Of a DNA stretch of 64,000 nucleotides, positions 49,523 through 62,965 are shown one piece after another. The stretch is from Octopus sinensis (lineage: Eukaryota): contig NC_042998.1 of assembly GCF_006345805.1 (NCBI RefSeq), positions 868,001-932,000 on the forward strand, written 5' to 3'. The translations under genes and the position numbers were made by a program. Positions within the stretch are counted from its first letter, which is position 1. Every line of letters starts with the position of its first letter. A model generated the notes under the pieces. The model worked only from the letters and a program-made list of their open reading frames with translations. It ran no database searches and was not told the DNA's origin.

Positions 49523-51600
49523 TTATTTCTTTATTGCCCACACGGGGCCAATATAGAGGTGACAGTACAAGGACAGACAAAAAACCCAAGGATGGGGACA
49601 AAAAATTCGAATGAAAAGGATGAATTAAATAATCAAATGAAAAATGGAATGAAGCCACTCGACCCCACATCCAGATGACTTCATTTATCTTTGACTAGCA
49701 GTATCGCCCGGCGTTGCTCGGGTTTGTAAGGGAAATAACTATATAAGCATTTTTAGAGATGTAAAGTATAATAGCCATCTCAATATAGCTAACCACAAAG
49801 GGGGGGGGGTTACTCTAGCTTTTTACGTTCTGAGATTTAATAATAAATTTTTAGAGAGTTACTTCCCTTATATATGCCAAAAATGCATTAAAAATGGGAA
49901 AAATTTATGGTAATTTTTTTTTTAATTGTAGACTCATCGTAGACGCGCGCTAATACCCAGAAGGGCTCGATATGAATCACGACTATAAGATACCCGGTTT
50001 TGGTTAAACTGCACCGCAAAATGTGGGAGTAAGGAATCTAAATCGTAGGAGACAGAAACCACACAACCTCACTTTTATATATAAAGATAAACACGACAAT
50101 TTACTTATTTTACTTATTATAAAACATTTTAAAATCTTATTCACCACATAAAATGTCTATATTAAAGTCTTTAAGAAGTTCTTTGTAACCTACTGTTGTT
50201 GGTATATACCTGGTATCGATTTTCTTTCGCCAGTGAAAAACATTGTTCCCGTATTCTTCCAGTTCTGATGTGTATCTGGGGTCTACTATCACACAGTCAT
50301 AGTGCGAGGGCACTTCCCCACACTCTACAATGATTACCTTTATCTACTCTTCCCACCTGTCTAACCCCTTAGATAGCTTAGCATGTTTTGCATTGTAAAT
50401 CACTATACTTTTTTTCACAGGTTGGGGCTTGGGAAATTTGGGGCTCTTGTGTGCTTGTGGTTAATTTGTCAGTGTAAGGTGGGGGTAGGGTGAGGGTTAG
50501 TGTCTGTAGGGAAAGGGTGGAGCAGTGTGGGTCTGGGTGGGAGTCGGATGGGTGTGAGATGGGGATTATCGTTCACTGATTGTACTTTTTCTCCTCTTTC
50601 TGCTCTTCTTTCCTGCAGTTTCCCATTCGTCTTTGGTTTTATTTTTTCCTTTTTCCCCTGTGCTGATCTCTCTTCCGTTAGTTCTTGCCGGCGGTGGAGG
50701 TGCAGTTTCTTTTACGATCACGGGTACCTCTTGTGACTTTATGGGCGGTGGAGGACATTCCGCTCTAATGTGCTCTTTTTGGCCACATATGTAACAACGA
50801 GGGATACTGACCACCACTCTAACACCGAGTATTACATCTTTGAATGTAATGATCTCGACCATATTTTCCAGGTCTTCCAGGGTGGCCTAGACTACCATAT
50901 CCAGGCTCTGCCCTTGCGAATTTTTATGTGCAGTGCTGGTGGCTTGGAGGCCCAGCAGTATAGCAGTTACTAGCTTCTATGTCTTCTACCCCTTCCCTGG
51001 AAGTACGTCTTCCAAGGTATATGGGCAGAAGTAACACCTCATCAGATTTTAACGGGGTAGCCTGGCAGTAGCTTCATCTCGGAACCGCACCTCCACCGTT
51101 CCGAACTTTCTTCCTCTGCCAGATGGGTTTTAACGCCTTTTCAATTTGAATTGTAGTCATTAATTCGATTTTCTTGGTTTTGACAGAGTAAGTTCTATAG
51201 ATTATCATCTTTCCTTTGGTTGGTTTTCTGTAATAACTTCTCGGGGAGGGGACACCTTTACGTCTTGCCCCTACCTACGAAGCATATTCTTGCATTTACC
51301 TAGTTCCTTTGCATCAATTTGTTCGTTGTGGCTTTTGACCACGGCCGCAAAATTCATTCTTTCTTCTTTTTTGTCTATCACAGAAATTGTTTTCAGCAAT
51401 TCTTCCTCGGAAGAACTCAGATTGTCATACTCCATTTTTTAACGCTGTGCTACCCCCTTCAAACAAGGGGGAAGGCGTCAACAAAACTGTCGTAAGGCAG
51501 CAAAACAAAGTGTTGTTCAACACAAAATAATTAGAATAAACAGCCATTCAACAGTGCAACAATTAATTTAACAGTGACTTACTACAAATATGTATTTTAA
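49523..51600 (-). mobile_element. ORF1-only L1/Tx1-like element, copy 4 (type B), Helitron inserted in the 3' UTR
   Basis: Decayed ORF1 from ATG 51435: IYRTYS, KFGTVEVRF, LKSDEVLLLPIYLGRR, knuckle CYICGQKEHIRAEC; TCATT-rich tail 49523-49690; no ORF2. Confidence 0.8.
49695..50087 (-). mobile_element. Non-autonomous Helitron (internally shorter relative of 34913-35449)
   Basis: Minus strand A|TCTTTATATATAAAA ... CCCGAGCAACGCCGGGCGATACTGCTAG|T. Confidence 0.9.
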
Positions 51601-51809
51601 CACAAAGTAGAACTAGAACGATGATTTTATTCAAACCACAAGGGTTAAAGAAGAGGGGACAATACACGGGTACCATGGGTTATTTTGATTGACAACAGCC
51701 GCTTCGATTAGCCGTTTCGAATCCTGCATGTGACTGACACACTTCAATAACCACTAAATAATCACATACACTATATACTGACACACACTTTTTCGATTTT
51801 ATTTTCGCT

Positions 51810-52420
51810 ATTAACCGTCCTTGCGACCCCGTTCGGATCTACGATGGGGCTACGAACTATACAATGAAAATCGAGAGTTACTCGCGGTCGGTGAATTTTT
51901 AATAAAAATGCGAAGGTGGTTTATCAATTCAAAAATCGATGTCCACGAAATAATCATACTTTTTTAATTTTTTTAATGCTAAAAACCTTCCCGACGACCG
52001 TCTTTGTAATCCCGAAAAATATCGTAACCGTTGGTCCAGCCGACTGGCAGCGAAGAGGGAACAGACAAAGAGACGGACAGAAAGACGGTCATAGCGCCCA
52101 TTATAGTAAGATAGCAAATCTCCTCATCTACGATGTGAAATAAGGGGACAGTATTGCAAATTTAAACCCTCTAAATTCACGAACTATATGGGGCGGAAAT
52201 CCAGAGTTAATCTTCGTCGCCGCAATTTTAACAAAAAAAAGAAAATCAAAGCTGATTTATTAATACAAAACTCAATATTCACTAAATAATTATACTTTTT
52301 CACATTTTTTCACTAAAAACGTCCCTGATTACCTCCTTCTTAATCCCGAAAACCATCGTGACTCTTGGTCCAGCCGTTGACCATGATGACGGAACAGACA
52401 GACAGATGGACTTAACGTAA
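51810..52420 (-). mobile_element. Helitron/Helentron-like relic with two related 5' segments (~51930-52115, ~52300-52420)
   Basis: Minus strand TCTTACTATAATG start, GTCTGTTCC...GGCTGGACCAA motif twice. Confidence 0.5.
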
Positions 52421-53374
52421 GATGACAAGAGTTACGGAATCACTTTCTTTAGCTTACAATTGTTTCTGCTGTTAGGAGCATTGCACTTAGGGCTGAGTGC
52501 TTGTGCGACATCTTATAGCTTTTGCGAGCCATTTAAATAAGGGGATTACGTAACTCCTGTGATTTTGTTTTCATTAATACATAAATATATTCTAAACTCA
52601 GCTGGCGCTTTACTCTAAAGTATAACTATATTGAGTTCTAAGAAATGACTATTAGTAACGATATTTCTAAGCATAATCGTAATATATATATATATATATA
52701 TATATATAACTTTTTAACCTGCTACATGTGTGTGTGTGTGTGTGCATGTGTATGCGTGTATGTGTGTGTGTGTGTGTGTGTTGTTGAATGTGAGATCTCT
52801 GATTTTAATGGGAGATAAAAGATTTGCTGTTAACTCAATGCCCTTGGCAAAGGAATTTAACAGTATAAGTAAAATAAATGGCATTTAACCGATTCAAAAC
52901 CGCCGGCCTCTCACAATCCACTCCATGGTGTTAGCTACAATGCACAACATGCTTGGAAGTCCATTCAATAATCCTGTCCATCCATACCCTCAAAAAGGAT
53001 GAAAGATAACATGATATCAGCTTGATTTTTGAACGTATTCACACGTAATATAAAAGTACATACTTTGAAACCATTAATCATACTCAAACCTTGTTGCAAA
53101 GATATTCGGGTTTACTTTCAGTTTTCATGCACAGCATGTAACCCCCTCAATTCTGTAAGGTAGTTTAAGGCTTTGAGCAATGTGAACGTATAAAATGAAA
53201 GCAAAAGAGTTACCAACGACCTAAGTGAACCGAAAGGAGTCATGTCGATTTCATAAGGTGATGCAAAATAACTTCACTCAACAATCGAAACCGTGTTGTA
53301 AGCTGGACTGCCAAACAGATTGGGAAACTGACGAGGAGTTGGATCAACAAAGGGAACCTATGATGCACAGTGAA

Positions 53375-54310
53375 GGCGCACGGCTTAGTGGTTAGGTTTG
53401 ATTTACAATCATAAGGTTGTGAGTTCGATTCATGGAGGTGCGTTGTGACATTGAGTAAGACACTATGTTTCACGTTGGTCCAGTCCACTCGGCTGGCAAA
53501 AATAAGTTGTACCTGTAATTGAAAAAGGCCGGCCTTGTAACATGCAGTGCCACGCCGAACCTTCTTGAAAACTATGCTAAAGGTACTTATCTTTTTATTG
53601 CCCACAAGGGGCTAAACACAGAGGGGACAAACAAGGGCAGACAAACGGATTAAGTCGATTACATCGACCTCAGTGCGTAACTGGTACTTAATTTATCGAC
53701 CCCGAAAGGATGAAAGGCAAAGTCGACCTCGGCGGAATTTGAACTCAGAATGTAACGGCAGACGAAATACCAATTTCTTTACTACCCACAAGAGGCTAAA
53801 CACAGAGAGGACAAACAAGGACAGACAAACGGATTAAGTCGATTATATCGACCCCAGTGCGTAACTGGTACTTATTTAATCGACCCCGAAAAGATGAAAG
53901 GCAAAGTCGACCTCGGCGGAATTTGAACTCAGAATGTAACGGCAGACGAAATACCAATTTCTTTACTACCCACAAGAGGCTAAACACAGAGGGGACAAAC
54001 AAGGACAGACAAACGGATTAAGTCGATTATATCGACCCCAGTGCGCAACTGGTACTTATTTAATCGACCCCGAAAAGATGAAAGGCAAAGTCGACCTCGG
54101 CGGAATTTGAACTCAGAATGTAACGGCAGACGAAATACGGCTACACATTTCGCCCGTCGTGCTAACGTTTCTGCCAGCTCGCCGCCTAAACTATGCTAAA
54201 CGTACGCGTGTCTGTGGAGTGTTCACCCACTTGCACGTTAATTTCACATGCAGGTTGTAACGTTGATCGGATCAACTAGAGTACTCTTCGTCGTAACCTA
54301 CGGAGTGCCA
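53375..54310 (+). mobile_element. tRNA SINE interrupted by an OK-like SINE trimer
   Basis: Head AGGCGCACGGCTTAGTGGTTAGG, GAGTTCGATTC; continues after 54188 with GTGTCTGTGGAGTG. Confidence 0.85.
53587..54187 (-). mobile_element. Head-to-tail trimer of the young OK-like SINE (period 184 bp)
   Basis: Three cores; flanked by AAACTATGCTAAA(G/C)GTAC at 53569-53586 and 54188-54205. Confidence 0.92.
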
Positions 54311-54689
54311 AGTTATAATGCAAAGTTGCAGCTGTCTTCCAGTTTGCATCTCCTCCATCAACCAAGGGGCCAAACCAAGCATCACCTGTCTACATAAATC
54401 GTCATGCTGGCAGCGATGTATGCCGGAGATACATAGAAAAGGATCAGAAATATCAATATATTGACCAGCTAGAAATAGCAGTCAAATTTCCCTCAAATCG
54501 CGCCGTACAATCGCAAAAGAAAAACAAAACAAAACAAAAATAACTAGGACACATTAGGAAATTTATTCCTAGATATTCCTAGACAGACGTGAGGTTGTGA
54601 CTGGAATACTTTTGTCGATAGATTTTCTCGGTTAGGGTTGACAAAATGAAAGGTCAACAACCAGAATACCCGAGTAAGATTAGTTTATA

Positions 54690-54920
54690 TTTCTTTACTA
54701 CCCACAAGGGGATAAACACAGAGGGGACAAACAAGGACAGACAAACGGATTAAGTCGAATACATCGACCCCAGTGCGTAACTGGTACTTAATTTATTGAC
54801 CCCGAAAGGATGAAAGGCAAAGTCGACCTCGGCGGAATTTGAACTCAGAACGTAGCGGCAGACGAAATAGGGCTACGCATTTCGCCCGGCATGCTAACGC
54901 TTCTGCCAGCACGCTGCCTT
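54690..54920 (-). mobile_element. Young OK-like SINE, full length
   Basis: High identity to 6186-6418. Confidence 0.92.
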
Positions 54921-55439
54921 ATACTCGAGTAAGATTAGCATAGTGATGCATTAGTACACACAACAGTTTAATATAAATGCCTTGTCACAGATATTCATAC
55001 AACAGTATAGTTGTAGCAGCAGCAGCGACACCATAATGTTATCGAAGGTTTTGATGAGCTTCAGATGATTTGGTTGTTTCTTGATTATATTCAATAATAA
55101 AACAATAGAAAGGCCGCCGCCAAGCCGTCTCGGAATCCACTCTTTTTCTCATCTGGATTTACTATACGTACCTATCTTCCTGTATTGCAGTATCTAGTCG
55201 TAGGATCATTATGTAATTAACCGATGAGTCATAAATGTCAATACAGTAGGGCTTAATTTGATGACTCACCATTACTGACTAGCAGATTTACTACACAATC
55301 AGTAGACGAGGGTGTTGTAAAGAAGGGAAAAGTGGAATATCCATCCGGAATAAATTACCAACATAAAAATATTTACTTTATAACACGAATCTTTAAACCC
55401 AAGGAATGTCTGAAATGAAATCAAATAACAACAACCAAT

Positions 55440-56462
55440 TTTATTCTTTTCTACTCTAGGCTCAGGGCCCGACTATTTTTGAAAAAATTTTGGGGGGCAG
55501 TCGATTATATCGACCCAGTGCGTAACTGGTACTTAATTATTCGACCCGGAAAGGATGAAAGGCAAAGTCGACCTCGGCGAAATTTGAACTCAGAACATAA
55601 AGACGAAATACCTATTTCTTTACTACCCACAAGGGGCTAAACACAGAGGGGACAAACAAGGACAGACAAACGGATTAAGTCGCTTACATCGACCCCAGTG
55701 CGTAACTGGTACTTATTTAATCGACCCCGAAAGGATGAAGGGCACAGTCGACCTCGGCGGAATTTGAACTCAGAACGTAGCGGCAGACGAAATACCTATT
55801 TCTTTACAACCCACAAGAGGCTAAACACACAGGGTGCAAACAAGGACAGACAAACGGATTAAGCCGATTATAGCGACTCCAGTGCCTAACTGGTACTTAT
55901 TTAATCGGTAATTAAGGCGGTTAGCTGGCAGAAACTTTAGCACGCCAGGCGAAATGCGTAGCCCTATTTCGTCTGTCGCTACGTTCTGAATTCAAATTCC
56001 GCCGAGGTCGACTTTGCCATTCATCCTTTCGGGGTCGATAAATCAAGTACCAGTTACGCACTGGGGTCGATATAATCGACTTAATCCGTTTGTCTGTCCT
56101 TGTTTGTCCTTTCTGTGTTTAGTCCCCTGTGGGTAGTAAAGAAATAGTACTTAATCGACCTCGAAAGGATGAAAGGCAAAGTCGACCTCGGCAGAATTTG
56201 AACTCAGAACTTAGTGGCAGACGAAATACCAATTTCTTTAATTCTCACAAGGGGCTAAACAGAGAGAGGACAAACAAGGACAGACAAACGGATTAAGTCG
56301 ATTATATCGACCCCAGTGCGTAACTGGTACTTATTTAATCCACCCCGAAAGGATGAAAGGCAAAGTCGACCTCGGTGGAATTTGAACTCAGAATGTAACG
56401 GCAGAAGAAATACCGCTAAGCATTTCGCCCAGCATATTAACGTTTCTGCCAGCTTGCCGCCT
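55440..56462. mobile_element. Cluster of OK-like SINEs: minus-strand units 55440-55905, plus copy 55915-56147, minus units 56148-56462
   Basis: Repeated cores in both orientations. Confidence 0.92.
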
Positions 56463-56699
56463 TTAAAATTACAAATGCCTATTATGCGAGAAAGAGATTC
56501 GTTTTTGTAGGAGATGAATAATTAAATCTGTTACAACTCTGAAAGAACTATTGTTAGGCGTCCTACCAATTCACCGTTCTGGAATGGTACGGTTCTTTTT
56601 TTATGAGTTCGAAAGAATGAAAGCTAAAGGGATTTGAATTTAGATTACAGAGATCAGGTACAAGTAACAAAAAGTATCGTCTCTGACGACTTAACAACT

Positions 56700-56910
56700 C
56701 TCTCAATTCTTTTTCTCTTCTTTATTTTTACTGCGGTCACGCTGGAGCACTGCTGTGAAGAATTTTTTTGTCGAATTATTCGACCCCAATAACTATTGTT
56801 TTTCTTAAAGTTTGGTACTTATCATATTGTGCACTTTTTGCCGAGTTGCTAAGTCACGGGGACGTAAACATATCAACACCGGCTGTCAAGCGGTGGTGGG
56901 GAACAAATAC
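56700..56910 (-). mobile_element. OR-like SINE tail
   Basis: GCGGTCACGCTGGAGCAC...GCTAAGTCACGGGGACGTAAAC. Confidence 0.75.
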
Positions 56911-57634
56911 AGACATAATGACACGAGCGCAATCCTCTCGAAATTCCGTCTTGTTCGTACTTTTTTCTTTTTTGCAAGTTCTGCCCCCAAAATGTTCAAG
57001 CTGAACATCACCCAAACCAATCCCATTTGGTTGAAGGTGTATGTAACCTACAAAGATCGTAGGCAACCCCACTTTCTCGTGTAAGTTATCTAAGTTATCG
57101 GCGCGGGCTGGTATTTGTTAGCCACTTCGTAGCATCATGTTCATCACCCAACAATCCGGATTTCTGATTATGATAGAGTTTGCGTAGGTTCATTATCTCA
57201 TACTGGTTTGAAGCATCTCAACGGAATAAAAGATTCATCAGCAAATGGAGCCAAACCATTATATGATGCAGTGACGCTAATGGAATATAGATCTGTATTC
57301 ACTCTGGGTAATGTTAGTGGTATTAACAAAGACCTTTCTTACATATCAAACACAAGTAATTAGTGAATTAGTCACACGACAACAATAAAATTTTCCTTTA
57401 ACTACAGGAAAATCATCAATTTTATGGTTGTTTTAGGAGACACATTAGGCATAATTGGTCAAATTAAATTTGTCGTCGTTTTCAAGTAACGTTGACTTGA
57501 ATTTAATTTTCGAAAGGGTTCGTACGAAACAACTGAGATACGGCGCCATATTTGCAGCGAAACGTAAACTAATGACAACTCGAACACTGTTATTCTCAGT
57601 GTATATCGAAATAGACTTAACTACCCCCACTTAT

Positions 57635-57705
<71 letters not shown>

Positions 57706-57924
57706 GACATATATAAAATATAAATTAGAGATAAAACCACTATTATGCAACTCAAACAATGATATTTTTATAGAACATATAACTAGTTGCATAATAGTGG
57801 TTTTATCTCTAATTTATATTTCATATATGTATATTGTGAAATTTGATTTAATACGAAATTGGATTTTTCCCTGTACGTTTGGAGTTCTACTCCCTATTAT
57901 TATTATTATATATATATAAACTTA

Positions 57925-58630
57925 GATAAACTTAGATATGTTTCGACCAGAGATTGGTCCAGGCCATGTCTAACTTAATAGCACCACCTGATAGGATTAT
58001 TCGAATCCTGTTTAAGTCAAGTTTTGTTCAAGTAGTGAGTTCTTATTGGGTGAGTTGTATCCAGTTTTGTTCAAGTAGTGAGTTCTTGTTGGGTGAGTTG
58101 TATCCAATTATGGGTGGCTTATCTGGTATTCTTTGAAGGAATCTATCCAGACTCTGTTTGAAGTTGATGGGATCCTTTTCCTCTTTGATCTCCCTCGGGA
58201 CAATGTTAAATAGGGCAGGGCCTGTTGAGGAAAAGAAATTATGTTGCAGTGTACATGTATGTTGTGATCTTGAATTTGGCAGGGGACGTATAGCCCGTGG
58301 TCCAAGTCTTGGATGAACCTTGAAGCTAATGTTTAGGTAGTTTGGGCAAAGTTGGCGGTATATTTTCCACATCGTACAAATGATGTACCGCTCACGGCGA
58401 CGCTGGAGGGAGTAAAGTTTCAAGACTTTAAGGCGATCCCAATAATCGAGAGCAGCCATGCCTTCAATTTGTTTAGTGAGAGCCCTCTGGGGTGACTCAA
58501 TTCTGGAGATGTTTTGTCTTGTGTGAGGAGACCACAGTGGGCAGCAGTATTCAAGGTGTGGCCGTACAAAGGAGGAAAAAAGTGGTATGATGACACCTTG
58601 TTCTCTGGACCGGAAAGTTCTTAAGATCCA
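57925..58630 (-). mobile_element. CR1-group LINE 3' end
   Basis: WILRTFRSR..LFSSFVRPHLEYCCPLWSP..LKLYSLQRRRERY..FKQSLDRFL; terminal (ATCTAAGTTT)2; 43-bp tandem duplication at 58021-58106. Confidence 0.9.
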
Positions 58631-58648
58631 GGAACTCATCCTACGATA

Positions 58649-58685
<37 letters not shown>

Positions 58686-58846
58686 CGGAATCTTATATAT
58701 ATGTGTGCATATATGTGTGTGTGCATGTATGTGTGCATATATGTATGTGTGCATGTATATATATATATGTGTGTGTGTGAGTGTGTGTATGTGTGCGTTT
58801 CTTTGTGCACTTGTATATTTGAAACGTGCGTTCGTACATAAAATAA

Positions 58847-58941
<95 letters not shown>

Positions 58942-59419
58942 GCTACATGTGCATATAGATAAACGTCAGTGTGTATGTATTATGTGTACATATGAACATG
59001 TAAATAAGCGTATATGTGCGGCGCATGCGCGTGTGTCTTCAGTGAATGTGCATGGTGTTTGTGATTATGTAGGTGAGAGTTGTTTTGCATATTTATGTCG
59101 TTCTCACCTTCGGCGTTCAAACAGAAAAGCCCACACCGTACTTTAAATGTAGCTGCTACCGTGCTGCTTAAGTGGTGGGGGAGTTCTTAAGGCGATGTTT
59201 AGAACAGAAACTATCACAATAATAAAACAGAGGCAAGTGAACAAGTGCAGACCTATATATGTCGATTTGGGGGCACTGCAATAAATTGCAGACCTGTCCT
59301 TATTTCTCTTTTGCTGTTTTGCCGTTTCTTAACACAACACGCACAAAGACATAGATCACTTTCACAAGTTCGCATGCACACGTATACACTATACACATAC
59401 ATAGAACTACAGAAGTAAA

Positions 59420-60165
<746 letters not shown>

Positions 60166-61479
60166 GAGAAACGCGTCTACACTTCTGTATAATTGCAATG
60201 TCATCTCTGTCTTCTTAACTCTCTCTCTTTCCTTCGCTCTCTCTTTCCCCCTCTCTCTTTCCTTCGCTTCCCCTCTCTCCCCCTCTCTCCATATATGTCC
60301 TCATCTCTCTCTCTTTTAAGTCTGCAATCTACTTCCAGACCATACATATCCCTTTAACACCCATTTTTCTCTAACGTAGGGAGCACACCCGCAGACTTAC
60401 TTCCGGTAAACGACAAATCCTGTTGACATATATTAATGTTATTTTATTTTATTCTTATTTCGCTGGTGTATTTTCACAGCAGTCTGTCCCATTCCTAAAC
60501 TCTCAAATAGCTCCCTAAACTTTACAGAATACACTTAGACTCCTTTATGTGTTACCCACTCCCTTCTTCATAGTGACTTTACACATTAATAACCAGGTCT
60601 CCGTGTTTTATATGTTTCTTACACGGAGAGGAAAACACACCCTCCTTTTGCAACTATAGATTTGACAAATGCACCGATTCTCCAAATAGTAAGGCTGCGT
60701 ATACGATGTTAACGTTTGAGTGGCATAGACAAGCTTTTATCCTTGAAAGTTTAGGCTGTTTCTATTTATATGAGCAATTCAGATTTGTCCTTTTAAAGAG
60801 AGAATACAACTTAATATATGATGGTTGTGGAGATTTCTGGGACAGTAAAAAACTAAATCGATTAATGATTTTAGTTTTTTTCCCGTTCAAATCCTGGTTC
60901 AAATATTACCGAAGTCGTCTATCTTAATATTAGTGTAATGAAATACATCTACCCTCGTTGATTAGTGATTCATTCATCACTTATCCAGGTAAAACGTCTA
61001 ATTGTAAATCGTGTTACGCTTATCATAAATTGAATTGTGATTACACGGATCGGTTGTCAGTTAAAGATTCTGCTTGGATCGCAAACGCACTTCCAAGCGA
61101 CCATTTACAATTCTTAAGACAACTTCGGGCCTCGGAACAAGACCTATTTTCTTATATATTTCATTATTAATTTATTACTGATTCATTTAACATGGTGTTA
61201 TTGCGACCAAATTCCCGTGATAAACGAGGATAGATCTCTTTGTAAGTCAAGCACTAGACTGAGGTTAAATTCCATGAAGTATTTTTTAAAACCTGAAATC
61301 ATACTCAGAAACAAATAATAACATCCACGCTAACTGAAATCAATCTAATCGAAGCACAACAATGACTGATAATCGAATGGCGATGTCCTTAAAGTATGAG
61401 GCAAGTTCCTAGTGCGCACAATCTAAGATTTAATTTGAATTCATAGATGAAATTGTTTCACTTCAAAGATATTATTATT

Positions 61480-62034
61480 GAGTGAGAGAGCAGTGCATGC
61501 CATCAAAGTGACACTGGGGTAAAATATACGAAGCCCACTATACCCATCATGACTACCCGTCTGATAAGGGTACACCAGGCACATGCATCACAACCATATG
61601 TGTGTGACATGGTGATCTCATATCAAGATAAATAGCACATGACCTTGCAGGTGGGGCCCAGTTAGAATTTTCTTCTTGTTGAGTAGCCCATCCTACTCAA
61701 AAGGTCCCTAAATAAGGATTGTTTAAGGATGTTGAACGAAACAGTCATGTTTCCAGAGGCGAATTATTAAAACTCCCTAGAATTCCTCTCAACACATGGC
61801 TATGACGCTCTCCCACTACTTCTGCTCGTGATCAGAGATGCACATATTGTGAATCACTAAGGGACATGCTCAAGTGGTTAAGATCAAACAACTGACAAGC
61901 AAATCAGTGACACTGACAGAATATTTGTTGTAGCCATCTTTTATACCAAGATAAAACAATGTACATGATAACACTACCAATCAGTTAAGATGAGAAGCCA
62001 TGAGAGCCACTGCTAGGTACTGCATCAGGGCAGT
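61480..62034 (-). mobile_element. ~555-bp non-coding element flanked by (TTA)n on both sides
   Basis: Second copy at 40474-40704; no ORF and no tRNA head seen. Confidence 0.75.
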
Positions 62035-62052
62035 ATTTTTTATTATTATTTA

Positions 62053-62114
<62 letters not shown>

Positions 62115-62142
62115 ATTATTATTATTATTGTTATTATTATTC

Positions 62143-62191
<49 letters not shown>

Positions 62192-62192
<1 letters not shown>

Positions 62193-62943
62193 TAGTAGTT
62201 TTATTTTTATAGCGTGCTTTCACTTCACTACCGAGCGCAGCTCTGTGTGCCTTGGGTATGTGCTGTGATTTGTTGTGATGCTCTGATGGTTATTGTATGG
62301 AAAGTGTTCTGCGTAGGATGTGTGCAGTGCCTAGTAGTGCAATTTTCTGTATGTTATATGTGTTTGTAAGTCCTGATGTTTTTGTTATGTATTTGTCTGA
62401 ATATTTTTTATCATGCCTAATGCACCTACTATGATAGGAATTGTTTCTGTTTTCAGATTCCACATTCTAGTTACCTCTATTTCCAGGTCTTTGTATTTTG
62501 AGAGTTTCTCCATTTCTTTTAGAGACACGTTGTCATCTGCCGGTATTGATACATCAATTAGAAAGCATTTTTTTTCTTCATGATCTCTGACAACTATATC
62601 TGGTCTGTTGGCCTTAATTTCTCTATATGTGTGTATCGGCATATCCCAAAGTATGGTTGCTTTCTCGTTTTCTGTGACCTTTTCTGGTGTGTGCCTATAC
62701 CATCTTTTTTCTGTTGTTATTCCATAATGTTGGCATAGCTTCCAATGTATGTAGGTTCCAACTCTGTCATGTCTGTGAATATATTCCTTCTTAGCCAGGA
62801 CTGGGCAGCTAGAGATAATATGATTTATTGTTTCTTGTCCATCTCCACATATTCTGCAGTTACTTGTAATATTTCTTTTCATTACATGGTTTTGGTAATT
62901 TCTGGTGGGGAGGCTTTGGTCTTGTGCTGCAATTAAAAATCCC
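62192..62943 (-). mobile_element. R4/Dong-clade LINE, 5'-truncated (zinc knuckle + restriction-like endonuclease)
   Basis: GFLIAAQDQ, CRICGDGQETINHIISSC, RHDRV, NRPDIVV..FLIDVSIP, EKLSKYKDL, GALG; (TTA)n on both sides. Confidence 0.93.
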
Positions 62944-62965
62944 TTATTATTATTATTATTATTAT

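Noticed and set aside
53587-54187. CRISPR-like or satellite array
   Set aside because: The units are whole SINE bodies with no unique spacers, and the DNA is eukaryotic.
60481-60540. Strong acceptor TTTTCACAG followed by VCPIPKLSNSSLNFTEYT*
   Set aside because: It stops after 18 codons with no donor or homology; such acceptors are common by chance in AT-rich DNA.
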